Positions 19,386-29,275 of a DNA stretch of 64,000 nt are shown piece after piece (positions within the stretch are counted from its first letter, which is position 1; the number at the start of each line of letters is the position of its first letter). The position numbers and the translations under genes were made by a program. Location of the stretch: the NCBI GenBank assembly GCA_965248925.1, contig CBDFLE010000004.1, forward strand, positions 96,001 through 160,000. Reading direction: 5' to 3'. Source of the DNA: Candidatus Multivoradales bacterium (GTDB lineage: Bacteria > Acidobacteriota > Thermoanaerobaculia > Multivoradales > J023). Under the pieces are notes generated by a model. That model did not search any database. It was not told the DNA's origin and saw only the letters and a program-made list of their open reading frames with translations.

Positions 19386-19928
19386 ATGACGAACAGCTCT
19401 CTCAGCTCGACCCTGGCGCCGCTGGTCCTGCCCGAAGCCGATGGCGAAGCGACTCGTCTCGGTGATCTGTGGCAGGATTCGCCCGTGGTGCTGGTTTTTC
19501 TGCGCCACTACGGCTGAATATTCTGCCGTGAGCATGTCGCGCAGTTGCGTGACTTCGAGCCGCAGATCCGCCAGGCTGGTGCCAGCGTTGCCGCCGTTGG
19601 CCTGGGTAATTCGCACTATGCCCGCACTTTTCGCGAAGAAAGCGGCATTACCTTTCCCTTGCTGGTCGACAAGCAGCGCCAGGCCTACCGCGCGGCCAGT
19701 TTGCAGGCCGCCAGCTTGAGTCATTTGCTGCGTGGCGACAACTTTGCTGCCCGCCGCCGGGCCAAGGCCGCGGGCCATCGTCAGCACCGGTTGGGCAAGG
19801 ATCCGCTACAGTTGGGGGGAAGCTTCGTCTTTGCCCCCGGCGATATCGACCTTTTCGTCCACCTGAGTGAGACCTTCGGCGACAACGCCGAGCTGGCAGA
19901 CGTGGTCGCTGCCTTGCCGGCCAGCTGA
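19386..19928 (+). CDS. Peroxiredoxin-like (AhpC/TSA, PRXL2/SelL-like) selenoprotein, Sec at codon 44
   Basis: ATG 19386 reads ...RLGDLWQDSPVVLVFLRHYG-TGA(19515-19517)-IFCREHVAQLR..., in frame with ORF 19545-19928 (FPLLVD, QLGGSFVF). TGA occupies the first Cys of the CxxC motif. Confidence 0.88.
19536..19553 (+). promoter_or_regulatory. Candidate bacterial SECIS element
   Basis: Hairpin GUCGCGC-AGUU-GCGUGAC. The loop starts 25 nt after the UGA and has G at its second position. Confidence 0.65.
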
Positions 19929-20014
19929 GGCTGGTCCGGGATTTCTACCCCACTCGTCAAATACATTCGGCAAACACCGTCGCGGCAAACACTGTCGCAA
20001 TGAGGAGAGAAGTC

Positions 20015-22059
20015 ATGTTCCGAGCATTCCTGGTAGGGCTGCTGCTGCTGCCCATGGCGGCCCTGGCGCAAGCGCCGCTAGCGCACCATTTCGTCGAGCT
20101 GCAAGTCGATTCCGGCGACATTCGCAACCGCGGTGGTGAGCGTACAGTCACTTTTTCGCAGACCTTGAGGGTGGAAGGCGCGACTTGGTTGCGGCTCTAC
20201 TTCACCGAGGCCAGCTTGGGTCTTGTCGCAGGGCGTCCGCGGGCGTCGGTGCTCCGACTCACTTCACTACTGGATGGGGCGGTGCAAGAGCACGATTGGC
20301 AGAGCTTGCGGCAGTGGCGCCAGTCTTCGGCCTTCTTCAACGGTGACGCGGTGCGGGTGGAGTTGGTCGCTGATCCCGACGCGCCTGCCAGTCGTCTGCG
20401 GATCCACGAGGTGATGGTTGGCGAACCGGCTCTCTTTGGCAGCAAGACAATCTGCGGTGCTCTTGACGATCGTCTGCTGAGCAATGACCAACGGGTGGCG
20501 CGCATTGTGCCGGTGGGCTGCACGGCTTGGTTGATCGACGATGCCGAAGGCTGCTTTCTGACCGCTGGCCACTGCGTGGGTGATAACTTTGATGTTATTG
20601 AGTTCAACGTCCCTCTGTCCGCTGCCGACGGTTCGGTCAACCATCCGCAACCCAGCGATCAATATGCGATCGATCAGAGTTCGTTGCAGTGGGATCAGAC
20701 GGTCATTGGCAATGACTGGGCATATTTTGGAGGTTTCCCCAATTCGGAGACTGAACTCACCCCGCGGGAAGTGCAGGGAGTTACCTACACCCTCGGTACG
20801 CCGCCGGCAGTGGTCGGAAGCGAGAGCATTCAAATCACCGGCTATGGATCTACCACCGGCACTCAGGGTACTCCCCTGACCTGGGACCAGGTGCTGACCA
20901 CTCACAGCGGGCCGCTGAGCAGTGTCAGTGGCACGGTGCTGCGGTATCGCACCGATACCACCGGGGGTGATTCGGTTCGGCGGTGCTTAATTTGAGCAAC
21001 GGCCTGGCGATCGGCATTCACACCAACGCCGGGTGCACCGCTGGCGGCGGCTCCAACAGCTCCACCTCGCTGGCCAACGCGGGGGTCAGCAGCGCGCTGG
21101 TCGTGCCCATAGGAATCTTTGCCGCGGGGGCGCCGCCGCTGCGGCTGAGCCTGACCTCGGAGTTGCCGGCGCCGGCGCCGCCCGAGGGCTTTACTGTCGA
21201 CGTGGCGGTGGTCGATCGCTTGGGGGATCCCGCCGCGGCGACTTCGGCGACCTTGGTGTATGACGTTGGCGGTGGTGATCAAATGCTTGCCATGAATGAC
21301 CTTGGCGGCGGCCTCTGGCGGGCCATTTTGCCGCCGCAGACCTGTGGTGACGAGGTCTTGCTCCGAGTCAATGTCGAGGCCGCTGGCGGTGCTCTGATCC
21401 GCCACCCGTTTGCCGCCGAGGGTTCTGCCGACCGGCGCTATCGGCGGCGGCTGGTGAGTGGTTTCCTGGCCGTTTTTCGTGACGACTTCGAGACCGATCA
21501 GGGGTGGGCGGTGGAGAATGACGGCTCTTTGACTGCCGGTGCCTGGGAGCGCGGAGCCCCAGCGGGCTACGGTCTGCGCCAAGACCCGCCGTGGGATGCT
21601 GACAGCTCCGGCCAGTGCTTTCTGACGTCAGCGCCGGGAGGCAACACCGATGTCGATGGCGGTGCCACCCGCTTACTCTCACCTTTGATGGATGGCACCC
21701 AGGGGGCCGATCCCCACCTCACCTACTGGCGCTGGTGGTCCGACGCCGGGGCCAGCGATGATGCCTTTGTCGTCGAGCTGTCGAATGATGATGGAGCGAG
21801 CTGGGTCACCCTCGAGACCTTGACCTCCGGCGCTGCAAGCGGCTGGGTGCGGCGGATTTTTCGGGTCGCTGACTTCGTCACTCCCAGCGATCAGCTGCGC
21901 CTACGGTTTACCGCCGAGGATACCGGCGGCGGCGATGTGATCGAGGCTGGGGTTGACGGCGTGGCGCTGAGGGACGGCGCCGAAGGCTGGTCTTGCATGG
22001 GCGATATCTTCGCCGATGGCTTCGAGGCCGGCGATACGACCAGCTGGACGTTCAGCTAG
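20015..22059 (+). pseudogene. Secreted trypsin-like (S1) serine protease with C-terminal beta domains; single-base frameshift near 20974 (pseudogene or sequence error)
   Basis: Signal peptide MFRAFLVGLLLLPMAALA; motifs LTAGHC and NDW. GAT TCG G(G)T TCG GCG GTG restores GDSGSAV and joins ORFs 20000-20995 and 20983-22059. The protein ends IFADGFEAGDTTSW. Confidence 0.85.
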
Positions 22060-22096
22060 GGCTGATTCAGGTCGACTTCAAGTCAAGCCACCAATG

Positions 22097-22130
22097 AAAA
22101 ACGGCGCGATCTCGTTAGAGACCGCGCCGC
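22097..22130 (-). terminator. Intrinsic terminator of the RRM gene (possibly bidirectional)
   Basis: Minus strand GCGGCGCGGTCTC-TAAC-GAGATCGCGCCGT-TTTT, between convergent genes. Confidence 0.8.
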
Positions 22131-22153
22131 TGGATTTTCAGGCTGCTACTGGC

Positions 22154-22477
<324 letters not shown>

Positions 22478-22665
22478 CTGCTTCTCCTGTCCGTCCCTCA
22501 GGGACGGAAAGTCTTAGGTTGCCGGCATTAGCCGACGCGTACTCATATCGGGCACAAATCCAAGGATGGTCACTTGCTCGGTCTCGGGAAGGACGGTATC
22601 TTGAAGAGTCTCTTCGGGAGGTGGGAGGTTGCTTGCAGTCCGTTGGCTGAACCCAACTTGCGTAA

Positions 22666-22694
22666 ACCTTAGCAGGCTCTTCTTGGCCTGGCAA
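22666..22694 (-). promoter_or_regulatory. Sigma70-type promoter for the RRM gene
   Basis: Minus strand TTGCCA-N17-TAAGGT with a TGn extended -10 and an AT-rich UP-like tract upstream. Confidence 0.6.
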
Positions 22695-22810
22695 TACATT
22701 ATTTGTATTTCTTGCCAGGGGTCCCCTTCTCGGCGCGGTTAGGCGTGCTGCCCATGGCAGCTTGGAGGACCTAGCTTGCGGCCTCTGACAGGGCTGGGTA
22801 AGCTGCTGCA

Positions 22811-24859
22811 ATGGGTTGGAAGACTAGTGCGTGCTTGCTTTCGGTGATGCTCTTTGGCGTCCAGCTCCTGGCCTGTCGAGAGCCGGTGGAGGAGAGGTCG
22901 GGGCCGCTTGCGGAGGCCTTGGAACAGCCACCAACGCTGGTTCTGGTGACTCTCGATACTACTCGTGCCGATGCCGTTGGCTATGCTAACAAGGATCTCG
23001 AGACGCCTGCGTTGGATGCCCTGGCCAAAAGGGGGGTGGTTTTCAACCAGGCTTATACGACAGCGCCGATGACCCTACCGGCCCACGCTTCGATGTTCAC
23101 CGGCCAGCTGCCGTCCAGCCACGGTGTGCACGAGAACGCACGTTATTTGCGGACCGAGGAGAAGCTGCTCGCCGAACGCCTACGACAGCTGGGTTACCGC
23201 ACCGCGGCCTTTGTTTCTGGGTTTCCGCTACGCCGTCAGTTCGGCCTGGCACGGGGCTTCGAACTCTACGACGACGACTTCGGCGGTGCTGCCGAACGCG
23301 ATGCCAGGGCAACCACCGACCGCGCCCTTGCCTTCTTGCAGCGCCACGGCCAAGAGCCGCTCTTTCTTTGGCTGCACTACTTCGATGCCCACGATCCCTA
23401 CAGGCCGCCCGAGCCTTTTCGTTCGCGCTATGCCGCGCAACCCTATCTCGGCGAGATAGCCTACCTCGACAGCCAGCTGGGCCGGTTGATAGAGGCCCTC
23501 GAGCTGAAATTTGGCCAGCGGTTGCGGCTGCTAGTGGTGGGCGATCACGGCGAGGGACTGGGTGATCACGGCGAGGCATTGCACGGCCATTTGCTCTACC
23601 AGGGGGTGATGCGAGTGCCGTTGGTGGTTGTCGGAGGAGTCCAGGCGGCGCAGATCGAACGGCCGGTGAGCACGCGGCGGGTATTTGACACCCTTCTAGG
23701 CTGGGCCACCGGAGAGGGGATGGGTGGTTTGCTCGATGGCGTTGGGGAAGTGGTGCTCGGGGAGGCGATGAAGCCTTATTTGCAGTATGGCTGGCAGCCA
23801 CAGGTGATGGCAGTCGATGGTTCCACCAAAGCGATTCGCTCCGACCGGATCGAGATTTTTGATGTCGCGCGCGATCCGCTGGAGAATCGAGATCTGGCGC
23901 CTTCGACTGAGCTTTCCGGCCGGCTTCGCCGGGCCTTGACCAGCTACCCTCTACCGACCAGCCCAGGTCCAGCGGGCGAGATCAGCGCCGAGGATCGGGA
24001 GCAGCTCGCTAGCCTGGGCTACGTCGGTGGTGGGCAAGCACCCGGTCTCCCGCGGGCCGAGGCGCCGGCGGCTCGCGATATGACCCGTCTATTCGCCGAC
24101 CTCGACTTGGGTGCAGGGCTGTTCATCGCCCGGCGCTACGCCGAGGCGGTGCCGGTTTTCGAGCGCCTGGCGGCGGCCGACGGCAGCAATCCGACTACTT
24201 TTCTGCGTCTGGCCGTGGCCCATTCGGCGCTGGGAGAGGATCATCGCGCGCAAGGCGACTTCGAGCGTGCGCGGCGGATTGATCCCAGCTCTCTCGATCT
24301 GCGTCACTATCAGGCCCTGCATCATTTGCGCATGGGTCGCTGGAGCGCGGCCGAGCCGTTGTTGGTCAGCGTCGTCGCCGAAGCCCCTAAGCGCTTGCCG
24401 GCGCTTGCGGGCCTGGCGGCGGTGCGCGAGCGCCAGGGTCGTCAGTCAGAGGCGGCCGAGCTGCTGCAGCGGGTGACCGAACTGGACCCGAGGGCGGCCG
24501 ATGCCTGGCTCAAGCTCGGCCAGTTGCGCATGGGGGAGGGCAGCACACCCTTGGCCGTGGACGCTCTCGAACGCGCCAGCGAGCTAGATCCAGAGAACTT
24601 TCCGGCCGATCTCGAACTCGCCGTGCTCTACATGGCCAGCGGTCGGCTGCAAGAGGCCAGTGAGCGTCTCGACCGGGTCCGGTCCGACAGCCAGGGCTGG
24701 CCCATGGCGTTGTTCAAGCGCGCTCAGATCAGCGTCTTGCTGGGCGACAGTGACAGCGCGGAGCGGATTGGCGCCGCCCGTCGCCATGCCGATGCGGTGA
24801 CCGGCCCGCTGATCGAGCGCGAAGCGTTGTTCCGCGCTCCTGCATCGGCCGTCAACTAG
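22811..24859 (+). CDS. Sulfatase-like hydrolase/transferase with C-terminal TPR repeats, probable lipoprotein
   Basis: LLAC lipobox; motifs LVTLDTTRAD, TLPAHASMFTG, HYFDAHDPY and GDHGEGLGDHGE; helical TPR-like C-terminal third. Confidence 0.88.
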   Translation: MGWKTSACLLSVMLFGVQLLACREPVEERSGPLAEALEQPPTLVLVTLDTTRADAVGYANKDLETPALDALAKRGVVFNQAYTTAPMTLPAHASMFTGQLPSSHGVHENARYLRTEEKLLAERLRQLGYRTAAFVSGFPLRRQFGLARGFELYDDDFGGAAERDARATTDRALAFLQRHGQEPLFLWLHYFDAHDPYRPPEPFRSRYAAQPYLGEIAYLDSQLGRLIEALELKFGQRLRLLVVGDHGEGLGDHGEALHGHLLYQGVMRVPLVVVGGVQAAQIERPVSTRRVFDTLLGWATGEGMGGLLDGVGEVVLGEAMKPYLQYGWQPQVMAVDGSTKAIRSDRIEIFDVARDPLENRDLAPSTELSGRLRRALTSYPLPTSPGPAGEISAEDREQLASLGYVGGGQAPGLPRAEAPAARDMTRLFADLDLGAGLFIARRYAEAVPVFERLAAADGSNPTTFLRLAVAHSALGEDHRAQGDFERARRIDPSSLDLRHYQALHHLRMGRWSAAEPLLVSVVAEAPKRLPALAGLAAVRERQGRQSEAAELLQRVTELDPRAADAWLKLGQLRMGEGSTPLAVDALERASELDPENFPADLELAVLYMASGRLQEASERLDRVRSDSQGWPMALFKRAQISVLLGDSDSAERIGAARRHADAVTGPLIEREALFRAPASAVN

Positions 24860-25868
24860 AAAGACCTCCAGGTGGGGCCGGGCCGAGTGCTTCGCTGAGC
24901 GCGACATGGCGTTTCTCGGGTCCAACCTCGGAGGCGCTGGCGAGAGCTGGTGGAACGACCAGCAGGCTCGCTGTGGAGCGGCGAATAACATCGCTGGCGA
25001 CGCTGCCGAGGAGCAGTCGTTGAAAGCCGCTGCGGCCGTGGGTGCCAAGTAGGATCAGTTCGGCCGAGATCTGCTCAGCGGTTTCGAGAATCTCCTGTCG
25101 TGGGTACCCCTGCCGCACTTCGGGTCGCAGGTCGTTGGCAGTTTGGCTGGCGAAGCGACTCAAGAACTCCCGCAAATGCTCTTCGCCCAGGCGACCTATC
25201 TCGTCCGCGGTGATCGCGGCACCCTGGCTGGAGGCTTCGGGACTGTAGAAGTCCGGCAACTCGACCACCAGCAACACATCGACTTGGGCCGCGGTGTCGA
25301 CCTGCCAACTAGCCAAGGTCGCCAACCCCCGGCGAAGAGAGTCCTCGCTCAAATCGGAGAGATCCACCGGCGCTAACATTCGCTTGGGGGCACTGGTGAA
25401 GCCGTCTTTGACCACCAACACTGGGCAGGTGGCTCGACGCAGCACTCGATCGGCGGTCGAGCCCAGGGTGAGTAAGCTGCGCTGTTCGTGCGCTCCTACA
25501 ACGATCAGATCGCAGCCGAGTTCTTCGGCTCTGGTGATCAGCGTGCGATGGGCTGCCCCGGTCTCAATGGTGATCTCCGGCCATTCACCTTCGTCGAGGC
25601 CGATGCGCCGCAGCTGTTCTTCGGCGCGGGTACGGCGAAAGCTGCTTTCGCTCTTCAGGGTTTGGATATCGCCCATGCCCATGCCGACTCCCAGCGGTGG
25701 GCCATAGTAGGCGGCTGGCAGTGGGAAAGCGTGAAACACATGTAGCTCGGCGCCGCTGGCTTGAGCAATCTGCAGGGCCGCGGCGATCACCTGGTCGCTG
25801 ACTTCACTGAGCGAGGTCGCTACCAGTATCTTCGTGGTCGGCGTGGACGGTTTGGAGCTGGTTCCCAT
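24852..25868 (-). CDS. Tandem-domain universal stress protein
   Basis: Two USP domains: DLIVVGAH..LGSTADRVLRRATCPVLVV and LILLGTHGRSG..LLGSVASDVIR. Confidence 0.92.
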   Translation of the reverse strand: MGTSSKPSTPTTKILVATSLSEVSDQVIAAALQIAQASGAELHVFHAFPLPAAYYGPPLGVGMGMGDIQTLKSESSFRRTRAEEQLRRIGLDEGEWPEITIETGAAHRTLITRAEELGCDLIVVGAHEQRSLLTLGSTADRVLRRATCPVLVVKDGFTSAPKRMLAPVDLSDLSEDSLRRGLATLASWQVDTAAQVDVLLVVELPDFYSPEASSQGAAITADEIGRLGEEHLREFLSRFASQTANDLRPEVRQGYPRQEILETAEQISAELILLGTHGRSGFQRLLLGSVASDVIRRSTASLLVVPPALASASEVGPEKRHVALSEALGPAPPGGLSS

Positions 25869-26014
25869 GGCCTGACCTCCTGATTCGAGTTGCGTGACTG
25901 TGTGCCACGAGTTGAGACTAGGGGGGTGGGTCGGGTGCTACCAGACGCATCGGAGTAGCCAGCCGATCATCGGTGGGCGGGTTGAGCCTGCCTGTCGAGG
26001 TAGGGCCTGACGAG

Positions 26015-26039
26015 AAACGGCGCCCCGTGGGGCGCCGTT
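26015..26039 (-). terminator. Hairpin terminator after the TonB-dependent receptor gene
   Basis: AACGGCGCCCC-gt-GGGGCGCCGTT perfect inverted repeat, about 25 nt past the stop, with a short U tract. Confidence 0.7.
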
Positions 26040-26063
26040 GAAGGGGAGCGAACTAGCTCTCGA

Positions 26064-28970
26064 TCAGAACTCGAACTTCAGTGCTACCTGGAAACGGCGC
26101 GGGTCGAAGAAGGACCGCGCGGTGCCAAAGTTGGCGCTGTTGCGCTTGTTCTGGATGTTGTAGCCGGTCTGCTTGTCGAATAGGTTGAAGACATCGCCTC
26201 GTAGTTCGAGGTCGTAGCGGCCGGCGAACTTGAAGTGGTGGGTGTAGTTCAGATCGACCTGGTAGTGATCGCTGGTGGTGTTCGAACCGGCGGGCTCGGC
26301 GAAGCGACTAGTGTCGCTCGAGCTACCTGTCAGATGGCGGTAGACTTCCACGTCCCAGGCTTCCCACGGTTGCCCCGACTGGGCGATGGCGAAGATGCCG
26401 ACGCTGCCGTCCCACTTGAAGTTGTAATAGCCGAACATCTTCAACTGGTGGCGGCGGTCACCGCGCAGGTTGCCTTCACGGAAGTTCCACAGCTGACGTC
26501 CGGCTCCATCGGCGATAAACGACGAACCGACGAAGGTGTTGGCATCGTTGGAGGTAGTGGAGTTGTCCTGGTCGAAGTTGCCGTAGTAGTGACTCCAGAC
26601 GTAGGAACCTTTGAAGTAGGCATTGGTGCCTCGCCACTCGGCGTCGAAGCTGGCTTCGTAGTACTTGGTGAAGGCGCCATCGAGCTGGGCGATGACGTAG
26701 GACGAGCCGCCGACTTCGTCGCGGAAGTCTTGCAGATTCGGAATGTAGTCCTCGGTCGGAATATCCGACGGCGGCTCGAAGCGGCTGCGAGCATTGTTGT
26801 TGGTGTCTTCCCAGAAGTTGTCGCCGTAGCGGTAACGGACGTGGGCCTTGGCGGTCCAGTTTGAGCCCAGCTGTCGCGAATGGCCAATGATGTACTCGTC
26901 GATCGAGCGCGGATCGATGCCTTCTTCGAAGAACTTACCGGAGGAGGAGCGCACCGGATCGGTGCCGATCAGGTTGCCCGAGGCGTCGAAGAAGGCGCGA
27001 ATCGAGCGCCGGTTGTTGCGCGCCCAAGATGCCGCTCGCGGTAGCGAGCTGGCCGCCGGGTAGTACTTCGACCAGCTAGCGTAGACGGTGTCGCGGCCGT
27101 TGTAGCTCCAGGTGGCACCGAAGCGGGGCGAGAGCAGATCTTCGAAATCATCCTCGTGCATCAGGTAGCGGTTGGTCGGCGCCACCTCGAAGCCCGAGAC
27201 GTTGGACGAGTTCTCGCGCAGCCCCTGGCCGTAAAGCTTGTCGTTGGACATCAAGACGCCGAAGTTGAAGGTCCAATTGTTGAGCTTGAGCACATCATTG
27301 ATCTCGATCGACTGCGATTCGAACTGCGAATTGATGGCCGGAATCAGCTCACCATTGCTGCCGAGCAGGCTCTGCTGTTCGAAGCGGGCCTCGAAGAACA
27401 CCTGCTCACCATTGAATTCCGTACGCCCGCCAGGCACGGTGATCGAGCCCCAGCCGTTGGAAGTCCGCGAGAGATCCTCTTCGTCCCGCGACCATTGGTA
27501 GCCGATGTGCAGCTCATGCTTGCCGAGCAAGTAATCGTAGGAAACATCGAAATTCTCTCGCGCGAAGTCCTGATCACTGATCGTACTAGCGCCGCCCACC
27601 ACGCCGCCGCCGGTTCGCACGCCGTTGTCGAGAAAGCCGTATTGGTCGATCAGAGGTGCGATGAAGCTGTTGAACGCATCCTCACCATCCAGGGGCTGCG
27701 GCACCGCGAGGCGGCCTTGGGTGTCGAGAGAGCCGATGTTGAGCCCGGTACTGCCGTCGATGAAGATGGGGAAGTTGAACTGCGTGTCAGGACGTGAGGA
27801 GTTCTCACTCAGGAAGTCGGTATATTTGAAGTTGACGTAGCTGTTACCGTTGACCACCCAGCTACCTTCCACAATGGCGATCTCCAAGGCCGAGTCGGCA
27901 CCGGTGGAGGCGGTGCCAGCGGTCGACTGGCCGGCGACGCCAAAACCCGTGTCTTGACGATCCGAGTCGCGATAGCTGCCATTAACCAGCAGCGATGCAT
28001 TGGGGCTCCAGGTCAGCTTGCCGAAGACCTCATTGCGGTCGCTTTCAGAATCCGGCACCGGGCCGTAGTTGTTGGAGCGGTTGTCGCGGGTGGTGGTCGG
28101 TTTGTAGTACGAAGCGTAGAAGAACAGCTTGTCGGCGACGAGCGGGCCGCCCAGGTTGGCCACCAGCCAGTCGCGATCGCGCTCAAATTCGGCGTCGCTG
28201 CCGGTATCGCGGTCACCGGTCATGCCGTCGGTCTGCACCTGGTAGCTCAGCAAGCCGTGGTAGGCGTTGGTGCCCGAACGGCTGATGGTGTTGACAGTGA
28301 AGCCGCCGGAGCGGTTGAAGCCGGTGGCGTCGGCGCCACCCTTGAGGATCGAGACCTGGGCGATATCGTGCGACGAGGGCTCGGCCGACAGGGTGCCGAA
28401 GAGGGGCAGGCCGACATTGACGCCGTCGAATTGATAGGTGTTGTCCTGGCCGCTACCCCCGGCGCTGGGGCCGCGGACGCTGTCCTCGCTGTACTGCACA
28501 CCAGGGATCAGTTTGATCAGATCGCGGTATTCCTGGCCTATCGGTAGTTGGTCGATGACATCTTGGTCGATCGAGGTCTTGAGTTCGGTCGAGCCCAGGT
28601 CGATCAGCGAGGCGGCGGCGATGACCTCGACCTCGTCTTCGATGGTGCCCAGATTCAAGGTGATGTCGACCACCGAGGTCTGCTGCAGCAGCACTCGGAC
28701 TTGCCGCTTGGCGGTCTCGAAGCCGCTGAGTTCGAAGGTCACCACGTAGGTGCCCGGCGGCAGCACCGGAAAGCGGTACGAACCATTGGCGCTGGTCACC
28801 GCGACCCGCGGGGTGGGCAGGACGTCGCCGTCGGCGACTACCGTTACCCCGGGCAAGCCACTGCCTGCGGAGTCTAGTACCTGGCCAGTGACGGAGCCAG
28901 ACTGCTGTGCAGCGGCGGGAATGGCGCCGAGCACCAGGAGAGCGACAAGCAAAGGCAACAATCTCTTCAT
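26064..28970 (-). CDS. TonB-dependent receptor, Oar-like, with N-terminal carboxypeptidase-regulatory-like domain
   Basis: Signal peptide MKRLLPLLVALLVLGAIPAAA, GLPGVTV...LPPGTY domain, plug region, beta-barrel ending PRRFQVALKFEF. Start reassigned to ATG 28970. Confidence 0.92.
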   Translation of the reverse strand: MKRLLPLLVALLVLGAIPAAAQQSGSVTGQVLDSAGSGLPGVTVVADGDVLPTPRVAVTSANGSYRFPVLPPGTYVVTFELSGFETAKRQVRVLLQQTSVVDITLNLGTIEDEVEVIAAASLIDLGSTELKTSIDQDVIDQLPIGQEYRDLIKLIPGVQYSEDSVRGPSAGGSGQDNTYQFDGVNVGLPLFGTLSAEPSSHDIAQVSILKGGADATGFNRSGGFTVNTISRSGTNAYHGLLSYQVQTDGMTGDRDTGSDAEFERDRDWLVANLGGPLVADKLFFYASYYKPTTTRDNRSNNYGPVPDSESDRNEVFGKLTWSPNASLLVNGSYRDSDRQDTGFGVAGQSTAGTASTGADSALEIAIVEGSWVVNGNSYVNFKYTDFLSENSSRPDTQFNFPIFIDGSTGLNIGSLDTQGRLAVPQPLDGEDAFNSFIAPLIDQYGFLDNGVRTGGGVVGGASTISDQDFARENFDVSYDYLLGKHELHIGYQWSRDEEDLSRTSNGWGSITVPGGRTEFNGEQVFFEARFEQQSLLGSNGELIPAINSQFESQSIEINDVLKLNNWTFNFGVLMSNDKLYGQGLRENSSNVSGFEVAPTNRYLMHEDDFEDLLSPRFGATWSYNGRDTVYASWSKYYPAASSLPRAASWARNNRRSIRAFFDASGNLIGTDPVRSSSGKFFEEGIDPRSIDEYIIGHSRQLGSNWTAKAHVRYRYGDNFWEDTNNNARSRFEPPSDIPTEDYIPNLQDFRDEVGGSSYVIAQLDGAFTKYYEASFDAEWRGTNAYFKGSYVWSHYYGNFDQDNSTTSNDANTFVGSSFIADGAGRQLWNFREGNLRGDRRHQLKMFGYYNFKWDGSVGIFAIAQSGQPWEAWDVEVYRHLTGSSSDTSRFAEPAGSNTTSDHYQVDLNYTHHFKFAGRYDLELRGDVFNLFDKQTGYNIQNKRNSANFGTARSFFDPRRFQVALKFEF

Positions 28971-29275
28971 TCGCGACCTAATCCTTTCGAAACGTCCCTG
29001 CGGCTGCTGATCCGGTTTCCCTTGCAGCGGCTTGGGTCCATGCAGATCAGCCGCCGGCAGAGGCCGTAAGTGATCCGAGCGATGACTTCTGATCCGCGGC
29101 AGGTTAGCACGTCGATTGAATGGCGGGCAACCATGCCGGCCGTTCGGAATGGCCTTCCAACTGGCCCTTTTGTGCGGTCGCCAGGGTACCTTCCGTTGGC
29201 TGCTAGGATGCCGCCTCCGATGCTCTACGAACCCTTCCCATTCCCTGCTGGCCGCTGCCATGGCGGAGCTACTTG

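Noticed and set aside
19386-19517. Treating the TGA at 19515 as a nonsense mutation (pseudogene)
   Set aside because: Its position at the redox Cys and the downstream SECIS-like hairpin favour selenocysteine. This is not fully excluded without seeing the sel genes.
28971-29261. 97-aa N-terminal extension of the TonB receptor in the ORF track
   Set aside because: The signal peptide begins at ATG 28970; the extension spans the divergent promoter region.
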